Part shown: positions 1-13,090 of the stretch, piece by piece
Numbering within the stretch: the first letter of the stretch is position 1
Layout of the letters: every line of letters begins with the position of its first letter
Assembly (NCBI GenBank): GCA_951406725.2
Contig: OX597836.1
Location: forward strand, 30,938,001 to 31,002,000
Direction of reading: 5' to 3'
DNA length: 64,000 bases
DNA from: Octopus vulgaris
Taxonomy: Eukaryota
The notes under the pieces: model-generated
What the model was told of the DNA's origin: nothing
Database searches by the model: none
What the model saw: only the letters and a program-made list of their open reading frames with translations
Made by a program: the position numbers and the translations under genes

Positions 1-826
1 GCTGGTAGTTTTTAGAGGAAATGTCAATTGGTTGTGTTACCTGATGTGTTTAATTCTTGTTGTTGTGTCAGAGATGGGATACAGAAAAAAAAATGACAAA
101 TTTTACCAAGAATGGGAAAAATAGTATCATTGTATGTGGGGAAGGTTGAAGGGGATATTAAATAACGTATTGTATAGGAAATGAGAAAATGATAGAAAGG
201 GTATCACTGTATCAGAGATGAAATGAATAAGATATTGTGTCAGAAAGAGTGTCTTTTGAATGATAGATTGTGTTGGAAATGAGAGAAAGTGTATCATTGT
301 GTTTGGGATGAGAGAAATGCTATTTTGTGTTGGGTATTGTTAAAGAATATCATTGTTTCAGTTGAGATAATGACATATTATTGAAGAGATAAATTGTATC
401 ATTGACAGTGAAGGGATAAATGGTCATTTCAGTTAGAAACAGAACAGAGAGCCACTTGAAGCTGTGAGTGATCTCTATTCTATTTAGTGAACAACAAGAG
501 CAGGCTGTTAGAGATCTCTGTTTTTTTTTTTTAGTGAGCCATCAGGGGATTCTGATGACACCAAGAAAAGCTATTCGTCCTTATTTTTCTTCAGAAAGTG
601 ACCATGAGCTGTTGGGAGTGATTCCCAAAATGGCTGGTCCATCAACTGAACATTAGTTGCAGATTAACCAATTCATGAATATTAGGATTTATGTTACAGT
701 TAACCAGATATATGATTATTTTGATGGAGTGTAGGATAAATCTCAGAAACCAAATACATTGGTGAAGGTTTGCATCAGCTGCTGTAAGAAGAAATGGATT
801 TCAGGCTTTGAATTCCTGGCCTCTTT

Positions 827-890
827 TCAAAACATTATATTCTTCACTCAAAACATTGTAATCTTCGCTCAAAACATTGTAATCTTCACT
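827..890. repeat. 21-bp tandem repeat, 3 copies
   Basis: tcaaaacattRtaWtcttcRc repeated three times. Confidence 0.9.
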
Positions 891-1617
891 ATGATGTCCA
901 TAAGATGTGAGTTAACCCTTGAACATTCAGATTACTCTGTCAAATGTAATGCTTATTTATTCACATTGATTTCAGTTAATCATGCATTACCTTATAGCTT
1001 TGAGATTTCAACGATGTGATTGTGTTTATTCTTAGAACGATATTGTAGTATAAGTGTTTGAGGCTAGATCTGGCTAGCTTTTACACAAAACAGGTAGAAT
1101 ATTTGTGCTGGAAATTGCCATTTTAAATGCTAATGGGTCATAGTTGATCAAATTTCTGGCTACTTTAAAGAAGTTAAGGCCACGAAATTACAAACCAAAC
1201 TTCTTATACAAGATTGCATGTTTCTCTGTTGTCACTTTGTAGAATTTTAGCAGCTCTAAGTCATATTATAAACATCATATTAGGGTGCATTACATTTCAG
1301 CTTCAATGTATCATATTTACTGCTTTCTGAATGTGTTTGCACATATATTTCAACCTGCTTCAGTTTGCCTGCATTAAAAAGAAATTTCTCTCCATCTTCT
1401 TTTCCTCTGTAAATGAGTGTAAATATATGTTTTTATGTAGTTTACATTCTTCCCTGAATGCATTTGTATGTATTTATCTCTCATTGTATGTATGTGTGTG
1501 TACATACATACATACATACATCCTGCTGGGGAACACATACGACATAGAAACTGGGAAACCGGGCCCATGAGACTGGCTAGGCTTTAAAAGGGCGCAAAAA
1601 AAAAATATTTTTATCTA

Positions 1618-1680
<63 letters not shown>

Positions 1681-1919
1681 ATATATATATATATACATAT
1701 ATATACATATGCATAAGCATATGTTTATGTTTGTATGAACGTAAATATACATATATATATATATATATCTCACCATATGTGTGTGTATGTGTAAATACAT
1801 GCATATATACATATGTTTACACTTGTATGCACGTAACTATATATTTATCTCTGACTTTATGTATGTATGTGTATATATACATATGTATATACACATATGT
1901 TTAATTTGTATGCAAGTAA

Positions 1920-1967
<48 letters not shown>

Positions 1968-2452
1968 GTGTATGTGTGTATATGTATATGCATAATTGTC
2001 TATATTTCTTTATCTGCTTTTTACCTATTTCTTTTGTGTCCTTTCATTTATTATTAGTGGGTTTTTTTGCAGTACTCATTCACTTCTATCTTCATTTAAA
2101 TTTTAATTTTACTTCAAATGTATTCTATTTTAATCACATACAATGTCTTATTTCTGACAAGCTCCATCTTATTCTGTTTAGTTTTATACATCTTCCTACA
2201 ATATTTTCAAGTTTTCTATTCACCTATTGTTTATATTATTTTCTATTATGGACAATGGCTTTTTCTTTTATCCAACTGCATACTGCTATTTTGAAAAGTA
2301 GTTGCCCAATCTGCTTCAAATGTTTATTTGTTCAATTGGTTATAAACACTTATAGATACTTATGAATTATAAATCATTGTATCATTCAGAATTCACACAA
2401 GTGTCTGATGAATGATAACATTAAACTTTGTGAAGTTTTTTACAGTATGTAT

Positions 2453-2849
2453 AGCGCAGGAGTGGCTGTGTGGTAAGTAGCTTGCTAACCAACCACATGG
2501 TTCCAGGTTCAGTCCCACTGCGTGGCATCTTGGGCAAGTGTCTTCTGCTATAGCCCCGGGCTGACCAATGCTTTGTGAGTGGATTTGGTAGATGGAAACT
2601 GAAAGAAGCCTGTCGTATATATGTATATATATATATGTATGTGTGTGTTTGTGTTTGTCCCCCTAGCATTGCTTGACAACCGATGCTGGTGTGTTTACGT
2701 CCCCGTCACTTAGCGGTTCTGCAAAAGAGACCGATAGAATAAGTACTGGGCTTACAAAGAATAAGTCCCGGGGTCGATTTGCTCGACTAAAGGCGGTGCT
2801 CCAGCATGGCCACAGTCAAATGACTGAAACAAGTAAAAGAGTAAAAGAG

Positions 2850-2850
<1 letters not shown>
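2453..2850 (+). mobile_element. tRNA-derived SINE family A, full length (other copies ~5635-6010, 9311-9690, 13638-14060, 36759-37230 minus, 44090-44503, 54308-54688 and many fragments)
   Basis: A-box TGGCTGTGTGG, B-box-like GGTTCAGTCCC, cttgggcaagtgtctt central block, internal TA/TG microsatellite, (GTAAAAGA)n tail; repeated many times in the window. Confidence 0.9.
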
Positions 2851-2893
<43 letters not shown>

Positions 2894-2988
2894 TATAAAT
2901 GAGGGTGAAAAATTGATATTAATTTAATAATACCATTAATTTAACACCAAGTGGCTTAGCACAAAAAACTAGGGAGAAGATACAAATT

Positions 2989-3484
2989 TATACATAAATT
3001 ATTAGAGAGTTACCACTATGTGGATAGCTCCAGTGCTAAAAATAGCTCCGATAGTAAAGCCACAGAAAGGATGTTTCCAATTACAAATAACATTACATTT
3101 AACGGAAGGAAAGTGAAACATAACAAATAAATAGATTGACCCTGAACAAATTGTTTCATTACTAATGTAATATGTAATTTTACTTACATAGACATCTATA
3201 AATCATCAGCAGAGGTTTGTCTTAAATACAATTTATCAGACCTACACGAGCGTCAAATACACGTGTGGTTTAACCAATTGCATTTTTAAGTAAAATTACA
3301 TATTACATTAGTAATGAAACAATTTGTTCAGGGTCAATCTATTTATTCGTTATGTTTCACTTTCCTTCCGTTAAATGTAATGTTATTTCTAATTGGAAAC
3401 ATCCTTTCTGTGGCTATACTATCTGAGCTATTTTTAGCACTAGAGCTATCCACATAGTGGTAACTCTCTAATAATTTATGTATA
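2989..3484. repeat. Long inverted repeat (198-bp arms, 100-bp spacer) between (TA)n tracts
   Basis: 2989-3186 is the reverse complement of 3287-3484 with only a few mismatches. It ends in a TA/TG microsatellite. Confidence 0.95.
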
Positions 3485-3686
3485 TATATATATATATATA
3501 AATATATGTGTCTGTATATATGTGTGTGAGTGTGTGTAAATATGTACATGTGTGTGTGTGCTTATATGTACTTGTATATATTTATATGTGTGCGTATATC
3601 TATGTATGTGTGCGTGTGTATGTATATATGGAAATAAAGATATATGTGTATATATATGTTTGCATGTGTGCATGTAAATATGTACA

Positions 3687-3727
<41 letters not shown>

Positions 3728-3728
<1 letters not shown>

Positions 3729-4039
3729 ATTAAAATCAAAATAAGCAACAAGGATATCCAGAGGTAATGCAGTATGATCGTTTCATGCAACTCCATTTAA
3801 TTGAACAATGCAATCATTACATCAATTTAAAATGTAGAGCAATCTTCAGCTGCACAAAGACAATAGAATTTAGTTAAATTAGAACAGATGGACACATTAG
3901 TATAATTATACCTAAAATCTCCAAGAAGTTAAGGAGATAGACAAAGAACATGTTGTACTTACAACAGCATAGCCATCTGTTCTAATTTAACTAAATTCTA
4001 TTGTCTTTGTGCAGCTGAAGATTGCTCTACATTTTAAAT
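3728..4039. mobile_element. Penelope-like terminal fragment with a partial inverted duplication (67-bp arms 3825-3891/3973-4039)
   Basis: Exact inverted arms; carries a hammerhead motif; abuts a TA/TG microsatellite; the same family recurs at 51917-52040. Confidence 0.6.
3768..3854 (-). ncRNA. Type I hammerhead motif with a long stem II (one stem III mismatch)
   Basis: Minus strand TGCAG CTGAAGA TTGC...(long irregular hairpin)...GCAT GAAAC GATC ATA CTGCA. The related copy near 51988 reads GAAACGATTGTACTGCA, so the consensus is GAAACGATCGTA CTGCA. Confidence 0.7.
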
Positions 4040-4158
4040 GTGGTTCCAAGTTCAGTCCCAGTGCTTTGCACCTTCTGCAATTGTCTTCTATTATAGCCTC
4101 GAGCTGACCAAAACCTTGTGAGTGGATTTGGTAGACAGAAACTGAAAGAAGCCAATTG

Positions 4159-4205
<47 letters not shown>

Positions 4206-4356
4206 GGGCGTGTGTGATTGTGTATAGAATATATTAATAAAAGGAATTCCAACCTTGTCTGATTTTCACGTTTTATTTACTATCTTATAATGATATAAGA
4301 TAATATAATATAATAAAATAAAATAAAATAATAGAATGTTAAATGTTCATTCTGAT

Positions 4357-4401
4357 TGAACTAGTACTTTCATGCATTAAATTCTGCAATCTTCAGGTTC
4401 A
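4357..4401 (-). ncRNA. Minimal type I hammerhead ribozyme motif with a fully canonical core
   Basis: Minus strand reads TGAAC CTGAAGA T TGCA gaatttaa TGCA T GAAA GTAC T A GTTCA: stem I TGAAC/GTTCA, core CUGAAGA, stem II TGCA/TGCA, GAAA, palindromic stem III AGTACT, predicted cleavage after CUA. Confidence 0.8.
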
Positions 4402-5083
4402 TGAAGTAGTGGTGACAGTCATGCTTCACAATTTATATATATATATATATATATATACATATGTATGTATATGGGTGTATATATATATATATGTATGCAT
4501 GTATGTATGTATGTATTGTTTACTGATACTTGATATATCTGTGTATCAGGGAAAGCAAACATGTGCATGTGTGTGTATGTGTGCACTTGAAGGATGAAAA
4601 AAAAAATTCAAGACCCATTAGTATTGAATAACAGCAAAACACATATTTAAGTATATGGACACACACACATGCGCACGTGCCTAGATAAGCACACCCATTT
4701 TTTTTTTTCATTCTGCTTTCATACCCACAACTGAATCATGTACCATTTCCTGAGCTTGTGGAAGAGAGAGAGAGAGAGAGAGAGAAAGTGTGTGAAGGAG
4801 AGAGAGAGAAACAGAAAAAGAGAAAGTGGTGGTGGTGGTGATAGAGGTCTTGTACTGTAAATGAAGCTGTCAATAAAGTATGGAATTCTCTCAGAGTGGT
4901 TTTTTTTTTCAGTGTCATATATAGAATAAGTGTTTCATATAAAAAGAAAACATGGTATTTTCCAAATGTCTACAAGTTTGAGTTGTTGCTTATAAGATTC
5001 ATATTTTTGAATTCTTTTTTATTCTTAGCAATCTCATATTTTTATCGAGATGTTAACACATGTCAATATTTTTCAACTACACA

Positions 5084-5375
5084 CTACTCTTTCGCATCGA
5101 GAGATCACATCTCCAGTACTACGGACATTTGATTAGAATTTCGCAAGCTAAAATCAGAAGATGGAGTCTTCTATCCAAAGCAACCAGCAGGGGACCTAAG
5201 GGCAGACCAAGGTCGAGATGGTAGGATAATATCCGGGATCTCAGTTGGTCATGCTTAGGAATCCATTTGAAAAATATAATGACATCTGCTTCTGATAGAA
5301 CACTTTGGAGCAGCTGCTTGAGGACTCCACCCCAAGAATACTGGGCAGAGAAGATGGCTGGGTGGGTGAATGACA
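5084..5375 (+). mobile_element. 5'-truncated RTE-clade LINE, C-terminal fragment (related remnant ~54770-54990 on minus)
   Basis: LLFRIERSHLQYYGHLIRISQAKIRRWSLLSKATSRGPKGRPRSRW*DNIRDLSWSCLGI...DRTLWSSCLRTPP, a typical RTE C-terminus with an internal stop. Confidence 0.85.
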
Positions 5376-6226
5376 GATGGATTAATAGATATTTTTATAG
5401 GGATGTAATTATATTTCAATATTTACATCTTTACACTATGTTTTGATCAGTTCAATCTCAAATTGTGATCATTTCACTTATTTTTCTATGTCTGCATAGT
5501 TGTTTGTTCCTTCTCGATCCCCACCTGGCTCATAGGGCCGGTTTCCCGGTTTCCTTGGCGTATAGGTTCCTCACCTGGATGGGACACCGGTTCATGGCAG
5601 GTGAGCTGCAAGATGCAGGAGGAAAGAGTGAGCGGTTCAGTCCCACTGCGTGGTACCTTGGACAAGTGTCTTCTGCTGTAGCCTCGGGCTGACCAAAACC
5701 TTATGAGTGGATTTGGTAGACGAAAACTGAAAGAAGCCCATCATAGATATGAATATATATATATATATATATATATATAGATGTACGTGTGTGTATGTTT
5801 GTGTGTCTGTGTTTGTCCCACTAACATTGCTTGACAACCAATGCTGGTATGTTTACGTCCTTGTAACTTAGTGGTTTGGCAAAAGAGACTGATAGAATAA
5901 GTACTAGGCTTACAAAGAACACGTTCTGGGGGTCGATTTGCTCGACTAAAGGCAGTGCTCCAGCATGGCCATAGTCAAATGACTGAAACAAGTAAAAGAG
6001 TAGAAGAGAGTACAATTTATAAGCCCGAACTTGATCACCAATTAGTTTTGGTGTATTAATTACAGAGTATATAAGGAAAACCATACAGAATGAATATTCG
6101 TTATCAGTGATTAATTTAAATTGTTGGTAATGCATTTTTTTATTTTTGTTTTTATACATGTATGTGTGTATTTTAAATATGTTATAAAATTCTTTAACAG
6201 TGTGTTTTTCTCTAATTTCTTTGCAG

Positions 6227-6353
6227 GTCAGAAGGAAAAATTTATTCATTGGATGCTTCGAATAAAGTTAATATGATGTACTGGCTTCAGACATTACAGA
6301 AAAAAAGGAGAACGTATAGCGAAACAAGGGCTAACAAGGACCCAGTGAGACAG
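6227..6353 (+). CDS. TBC1D2B: Internal coding exon, C-terminal part of the PH domain of a TBC1 domain family member 2/2B-like Rab-GAP
   Basis: Polypyrimidine acceptor tttttctctaatttctttgcAG at 6225-6226 and donor CAG|GTAATA at 6354. Open frame (x)SEGKIYSLDASNKVNMMYWLQTLQKKRRTYSETRANKDPVRQ matches, from memory, the PH-domain terminal helix of TBC1D2-family proteins (L.A.N...M.YWLQ.LQ.KR..Y). Phase 2 in, phase 0 out. Confidence 0.85.
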
Positions 6354-7369
6354 GTAATAGTTTAATGGCATTTTAACAGCTTTTAAGACATCTGTTCATA
6401 TTGATTTCAAATTTTGGCACAAGGCCAGCAATTTTTGGGGAAAAGGATTAAGCTGATTATATCAATTCCGGTGTTCAACTGGTATTTATTTTATTGACCT
6501 TGAAAGGATGAAAGGTAAAGTTGACCTTGGCGGAATTTGAACTCAGAATGTAAGGCTGGACAGAATACCACTAAGCATTTTGCCCAGTGTGTTAATGATT
6601 CCGCCAGCTCACTCCTTAAGAAATCTATTGATCTTAGCAGCAAAAGAAAGCTGTGTAGTGTCACACAAAGTGGAATGCTATTACCTATTTCTTTATTACC
6701 CACAAGGGGCTAAACATAGAGGGGACAAACAAGGACAGACATAGGTATTATGTCGATTACAACGACCCCAGTGCGTAACTGGTACTTAATTTATCGACCC
6801 CGAAAGGATGAAAGGCAAAGTCGACCTCGTCGGAATTTGAACTCACAACGTAACGGCAGACGAAGTACCGCAAAGCATTTCGCCCGGTGTGCTAACGCTT
6901 CTGCTAGCGCTGTGGGTATGACATAAAGTGAAATTCTGTTATCACATAAAGCATAAGATGTTATTGCTTAAAAAGAGAAATCATCTCACATGGTTATAAG
7001 GGAAGAGAAAGATGCTGATGTTATATAAAGAGAAAGGTGTTGTCATACTCTTTTTATTGTATGGAACCCTTTCTTAGATTTCAACTTTGATAATACTTTT
7101 GTGGCTTCAAGCAGCACCCTTACTTTGGGTTGTTATTCAGTGTTGCTCATTCTACAAATATCGACTAGATGTGACACTTGCTGACCTCCAGTCACAGAAA
7201 ACTGTTACCATTTTTTTCCTGAATGGCCACTCTGATGGGTGCAGTTGTTAGGTAATCAATTAATTATCTGTGTGAAACAGATTGGTAAGATCAGCTGAAA
7301 TGGATCTGTAATACTGTATACTATTAAGATTAATATACATGTATAGATTTGTATAAGTATATGTGTGTG

Positions 7370-7404
<35 letters not shown>

Positions 7405-8241
7405 ATATATATATATATATATGCATGCATATGTGTGTGTATATATAGATATGAGAGAAAGAGGAGAAAAAAGCTGGCTAAGGTTTTAGTTTATTATCTA
7501 ATTCATTTAATTATTATCATTATCATTTCTTTTGTTTGTATTGTTACTAGGAAAGATTTCTGTATATATTTTTTTTCTCTCTACAGCTTACACCGTCCAT
7601 GTTTGTTTATTTGTTTAATTTTGACCTAATTAAAAAATATCAAACAAAAAAAAAACAAACAAACAAAAAAAAACAAAACAAAAAAAAACTACCAACAACA
7701 CTGCTACCATTAATATCTTTCTAATTATCATCCGTTATCTCTATCGGCATTCTATTTAGTGTGGATTACATAGAAAATAGTTTGCATTGCATTATAAACT
7801 TACCCGTATTTTTTTATGCTGTTAGTATTCTTCCATTAGTTCTATCCACTTCATGTTAATTATCTCGTTCAAAGATTGTTTTGCATTTTTTTCATTATCT
7901 TTACAACACCTGCTGTTGATTACCATTATCTTACATTTATTAAAGGAATTATTTTCTTGCATTCATTTCTTCGCTTATTTCATCAGTTGCATCTTCTTCC
8001 ATGTCCTCACCCATGTTCTCCGTTTTTAAGTAATCATGGCTTTTATCTTTAAAGAACAGAAAAAGCTGATTGTTTGTGGATTACATTTGATTAAGTAATT
8101 GTGTAATTAATAGATATAACTATGTATACCTAGTCATATCTATAGCTTGACGAACATGTATTAAAGTCTTGCTGTGAAATTAAGCTGTGTGGTTAAACCA
8201 CCGGGTAATCCACATTCTAAACTGTTAAAAGACCTGTGGGT

Positions 8242-8747
8242 TTAACCCTTTCGTTAACAACCTGGCTGAAATGCCAAGAGTTGCTGAAGCATGGAACAGA
8301 CTGCCAGCATCAGTTGTTAGTTGTCGGAGCACTGCATCCTTCAAAACTTCCATGCTTCCTGAGATTCACCAACACTACACCTGATTTTCTCCCCTCCATA
8401 CACACGCAAGCATGTATCTGACTCATACACTGTTCGCTTTCCAGACATTTGTACAATACTGCATATACTTTATATGCACTGTTTGACAAGTTGTGGTGCA
8501 CCTGAGCACTGTATACAATAATTTCATTATTATTATTATATTTTAAAACCAGCTCTGGCTCTGTATTACAAATGTCTTGTTTTCATAAGTTTTGAATTAA
8601 AATCTTCCACCAAACCTTAGTCATAATTTATGTTCCTGACACTAGCTTAATAATAACTAAGTTATTTTACTAAATTCTTTGTGATATTTAAAGTAATTGA
8701 AAGAAACACAGAGCATATCAACAGAACTACAGTAACGAAAGGGTTAA
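8242..8747. mobile_element. TTAA-flanked non-autonomous DNA transposon (piggyBac-type MITE)
   Basis: TTAA CCCTTTCGTTA ... TAACGAAAGGG TTAA; related remnants at ~36531-37262 and ~53090. Confidence 0.8.
8260..8540 (+). mobile_element. CR1/L2-type LINE 3' end nested in a TTAA MITE
   Basis: RVAEAWNRLPASVVSCRSTASFKTSML matches the WN.LP..VV....FK LINE C-terminal motif; (ATT)n tail. Confidence 0.8.
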
Positions 8748-10694
8748 TTATAGATCTTAATTTTACAACAAGATGTACTATATGTGGGGTAGAAAGGGCT
8801 CCTTAGCCGTAGTGAAGGCAATCTATCTAGGGAGATAACCTTACAATAAATCACTCGGTCCGTAGCTTAGAAATACTGGGTTGACATCCAGCAGGAACAG
8901 CTTTGTTTCATGGAGGAGGAAAGATTTTCTTTAGTGCTTGGTTGTACAATGCTTTCCAATGTGTGTAGTAGTGGCGCGCGCACACATTATTAGCCATTTG
9001 AAAAGACTATGGAATTTAGTCTCGACCACGGTCGAACAATGATGATGATGACTATATGTTTCTTAAACAAGGTAACAAGCTGTCAGAATTGTTAGCATGT
9101 CAGACAAAAATCTTAGCAGTATTTCTTTCAGCTCTTTTCATTCTGAGCTCGAATTTTGCCAAGGTCTGCTAGGTCCTTTTGGGCATTGATAAAACAAAGG
9201 GCCACTCAAGTATTGAGGTTTATGTAATCAACTTGCTCACCCTTTCCCTCAAAATTCTGGTCTTGTGCCAGAATTTGAAAGAGCTGCTTGTTCTTGCTAC
9301 ATAGCATAAGTGCAGGTGTGGCTGTATGGTAAGAAACTTGCTTCTCAACCACATGGTTTTTGGTTCAGTTCCACTACGTGGCACCTTGGGCAAGTCTTTT
9401 CTACTACAGCCTCGGGTTGACCAAAGTCTTGTGAATAGATTTGATAGATGGAAACTGAAAGAAACCTGATGTGTGTGTGTGTGTGTGTGCATGCACATGC
9501 TTATCCCTGACCATCATTTGACCAACATTGTTGGCGTGTTAATGTCCCTGTCCAGCAAAAAGAGACCAATAGAATAAGTACCAGGCTTGATCTAATAAGT
9601 ACTGGGGTCAATTTGCTTGACTAAAATTCTTCAGAGTGTTGCTCCAGCATGGCCATGGCCACAGTCTAAGGACAGGCACAAGTAAAAGAGTATTAATAAA
9701 AATATGGTCATATTGGTTCAAATCTACATTACACCCACATTAAACCATCAAACTGATATAAGACCATCTCGAAACATATTCATTCCAGGATCAGCAAGAC
9801 TGTAAAAATGATATCAGTGCCCCCTGGTAAGGTCAGATTAAATAGCTGTTTAAAAGTGGTTAGCTGGCCGAATTGTTAGCACATAGCGCAAAATGCTTAG
9901 CTGCATTTCATGTTTTGATGTTCCAAGTTCAAATTCCTTCAAAGTCAGTTCTGCTTTCTATCCTTTTGGGATCAATGAATTAAGTACCAGTTGAAGCACT
10001 GAGGTTGATCTAATCGACTTAACCTCTCTCGCCAAAATTTTAGGCCTTTTGCCTATAGCAGAAAGGATTAAATATCTGTTTATCACCACTTAACATGATT
10101 GTTCTGTAGGAACCAATGTTAATGCTATTTTTAACTCCAGGGTGGCCCCTCCTGCAGCTGGTTATTCAATGCAATCTGCATCTGATATATATTCCAAACT
10201 GGGGAGTGAATCCCTACCATCTTCTAGTCATGAGACCACCAAATCACATGGTTTTGACCACTAGAGATAGCACTAGTTTACTCCGGCTCACAATATATAG
10301 AAAACACACAGTCACTGATCTTGCAACAAGCAAATTAGCTCGTTAGAAAACCTCTATAAGAAATGAGAACAGAAATCATACTGAGAAGTAAAGTTTATTG
10401 CCACATAAATATGGCATTTCCATTGGAATCGATGTTACTGTTATTTTTGACCCCAGAGGGACACCTCCTCCAGCTGCACCTGATATATATTGCAAGCAGG
10501 GGAGTAAACCCTTACCATCTTCTAGCCACGAGACAAACAGACCGTATGGTTTCAACCTCTTTGTGATCATCCTTGGTGGTAGATACTCGTCCACTGAAGA
10601 TAGCAGTAGTTCACTCCAACTCACAGTCACGAGACTGCAGTCATACTGGAGCACTGCCTTGAAGAATTTTAGTCAAACAAATTGACTCCAGTAT

Positions 10695-11083
10695 GGATGG
10701 AAGCACTCCGTCGGTTACGATGATGAGGGTTCCGGTTGACCTGAATCAACGGAACAGCCTGCTCGTGAAATTAACGTGTAAGTGGCTGAGCACTCCACAG
10801 ACACGTGTACCCTTAACGTAGTTCTCGGGGATATTCAGCGTGACACAGAGAGTGACAAGGCCGGCCCTTTGAAATACAGGTACAACAGTAACAGGAAGTA
10901 AGAGTGAGAGAAAGTTGTGGTGAAAGAGTACAGCAGGGATCACCACCATCCCCTGCCGGAGCCTCGTGGAGCTTTTAGGTGTTTTCGCTCAATAAACACT
11001 CACAACGCCCGGTCTGGGAATCGAAACCACGATCCTATGACCGCGAGTCCGCTGCCCTAACCACTGGGCCATTGCGCCTCCAC
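10695..11083 (-). mobile_element. Young tRNA-derived SINE family C with a 12-bp TSD
   Basis: TSD tgactccagtat at 10683-10694 and 11084-11095; tRNA-like head with A/B boxes; nearly identical to 16039-16426. Confidence 0.92.
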
Positions 11084-11132
11084 TGACTCCAGTATAATCG
11101 GTCCATACACATATATGAGCCTTTGGCCACTT

Positions 11133-11192
11133 GAGTCTGACAAGACACTTACACAGCTAAGTGCTTTATAGGTGTAAAACCAATGGTCACTC
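11133..11192 (+). ncRNA. Degenerate type I hammerhead motif
   Basis: GAGT CTGACAA G ACACTTA..TAGGTGT AAAA CC AAT GG TC ACTC. All three stems are present with a GUC site, but G8 and G12 are mutated to A. The related copy near 19361 retains GTGAAACCAATGG. Confidence 0.6.
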
Positions 11193-13033
11193 TCTCACTG
11201 GCCATAATAAACATTTATATATGACAGGCTTCTTTCAGTTTCTGACTCAAGGCTAATAGCAGAAGACACTTGCCCAAGGTGCTACACAGTGGGACTGAAC
11301 CTGGAACTGTGTGGTTCGGATGCAAACTTTTTATCACACAGCCAAACCTGTGCCTCTGATCATATCAATTTCAATATTGCTCTAAATTTGGCTTTTTGAG
11401 AGGTGGGCTGCATGCAACATGACTGATCATCAAGTGGGTTACACTACTAAATTTTTTCGTTAGGCATGCCACTCAGGAAGTCCCATAGGCTGCAGTTTGT
11501 CCATGACTAATATAAAACATAAAAAAAAACTTTAAGAGTTGACTTAAAAATTTAGTAAAGATATTTTTTGATGCTTCATTATCTATTTCTGTAATAATCA
11601 AAGCATTGTTGTCTTCTGTGTAATTTTTAAAATGTTTCCTCTCATTATAGCTTTGAATGTGTGTGTGTTCACATGTGTTTGTAATGTGGTAGGTTGGGGA
11701 AGAGCTAAGTCATCACAAAAACAAGTGTGAAATTTTTCACATGAATTAGGTATATCCTGGTTTGCAGATTTCAAAACATTAGTCAATTATCTGCTGAGCA
11801 CTCTGTTTTCGAAGAAGGATTCTGAGAATTGTTCAAGGATTTCCTTATACACAAACAAATATGTAGCCACCAGAAAACTCTAACCAAACATCGACATTGA
11901 TTTAATAACCATGAATGTCCCTTAATGTGAATGAAAACTTGTTCACTTTCGGAGTAGGGATCACCAAAATTACTTTCTTTATTAATTTTATTTCACATTT
12001 TGTCAATAGTAAGCATCATTGGTTACAGGTTTCCAATAGGTTAATCACAGGTTCACTGTTTTTTCAATGGTTAGAGTGACAGGGGGTATTCTGTGTAACT
12101 TTGGTGGAATAAGCACCTCACAAGCTATCTTGCTTTCAAAGCATCATTTCCTTTACTTTATCACTGTTGATTACATCTTTCACTGATATATATATGTATA
12201 TAACTATATATATGTTCTTTCTTTAAAACAGTGAATCTTGAAGCAAACAAAGCTATAAATAATAGCGTAAAAATATTGAATTAAAGAAACCCTTTGAACA
12301 GAAAAGGCTGAAGGCTGCCTTTGACTATAGTTATCCAAAGAGTCTTTTAACGGAATATTTACATGCTATTATTTATAGTTTTATCTGTTTTGAGAGTCAC
12401 TGTCCCCAAAACTTAATTATTTAACTTTCTTTCAAAGCTTATAGATTCTTACAATGTCAATAGTACATACACCCCCTACATGCACACACACCATACATAC
12501 AGACATCAAAGGATCGAAGGTCCTTTTGGGTCACAGGTTCATAAGCTTGGTTTCCTGGATTCTGTGGTGTATATACTTCCCCACTGGCTAGAAAGCTTGT
12601 CTCTCGAAGGATTACTAATTTTTGCCAGCTGAGCGGACTGGAGCGATGTGAAATGAAACGTTTTCTCAAGAATGCAGTGCATTGCCTAGTCCAGGAATTG
12701 AAACCACAATTGTATGAAAATGAGCGCTGCACCCACCCTACACTCACACACACATACACATACAGACATAAGTGTACAAAAGAAAGAAAAGACCAATTAA
12801 CGTGTGTCTTGTTTCAAAACAGTTTTTGTCTTCTAGATTCTGTGCGCAATGTTTATTTAACCTGAGGCTTTCATGACAGACACCTGTTTTATCAAATGTT
12901 ACACTTACCTTGTGTTACAATTTCCCAGTTTTAAATCTGTTACACTTATCTTGTGTTACAATTTCTCAGTTTTAAGTTTTTTCTCTCTCTTTAAATCTGA
13001 AGTTTCTTGCCTCTATAAGAAATTACATATATA

Positions 13034-13090
<57 letters not shown>

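Noticed and set aside
60-420. Recurring gtatcattgt / gaaatgagagaaa motifs
   Set aside because: A decayed minisatellite with irregular period; no evidence of function.
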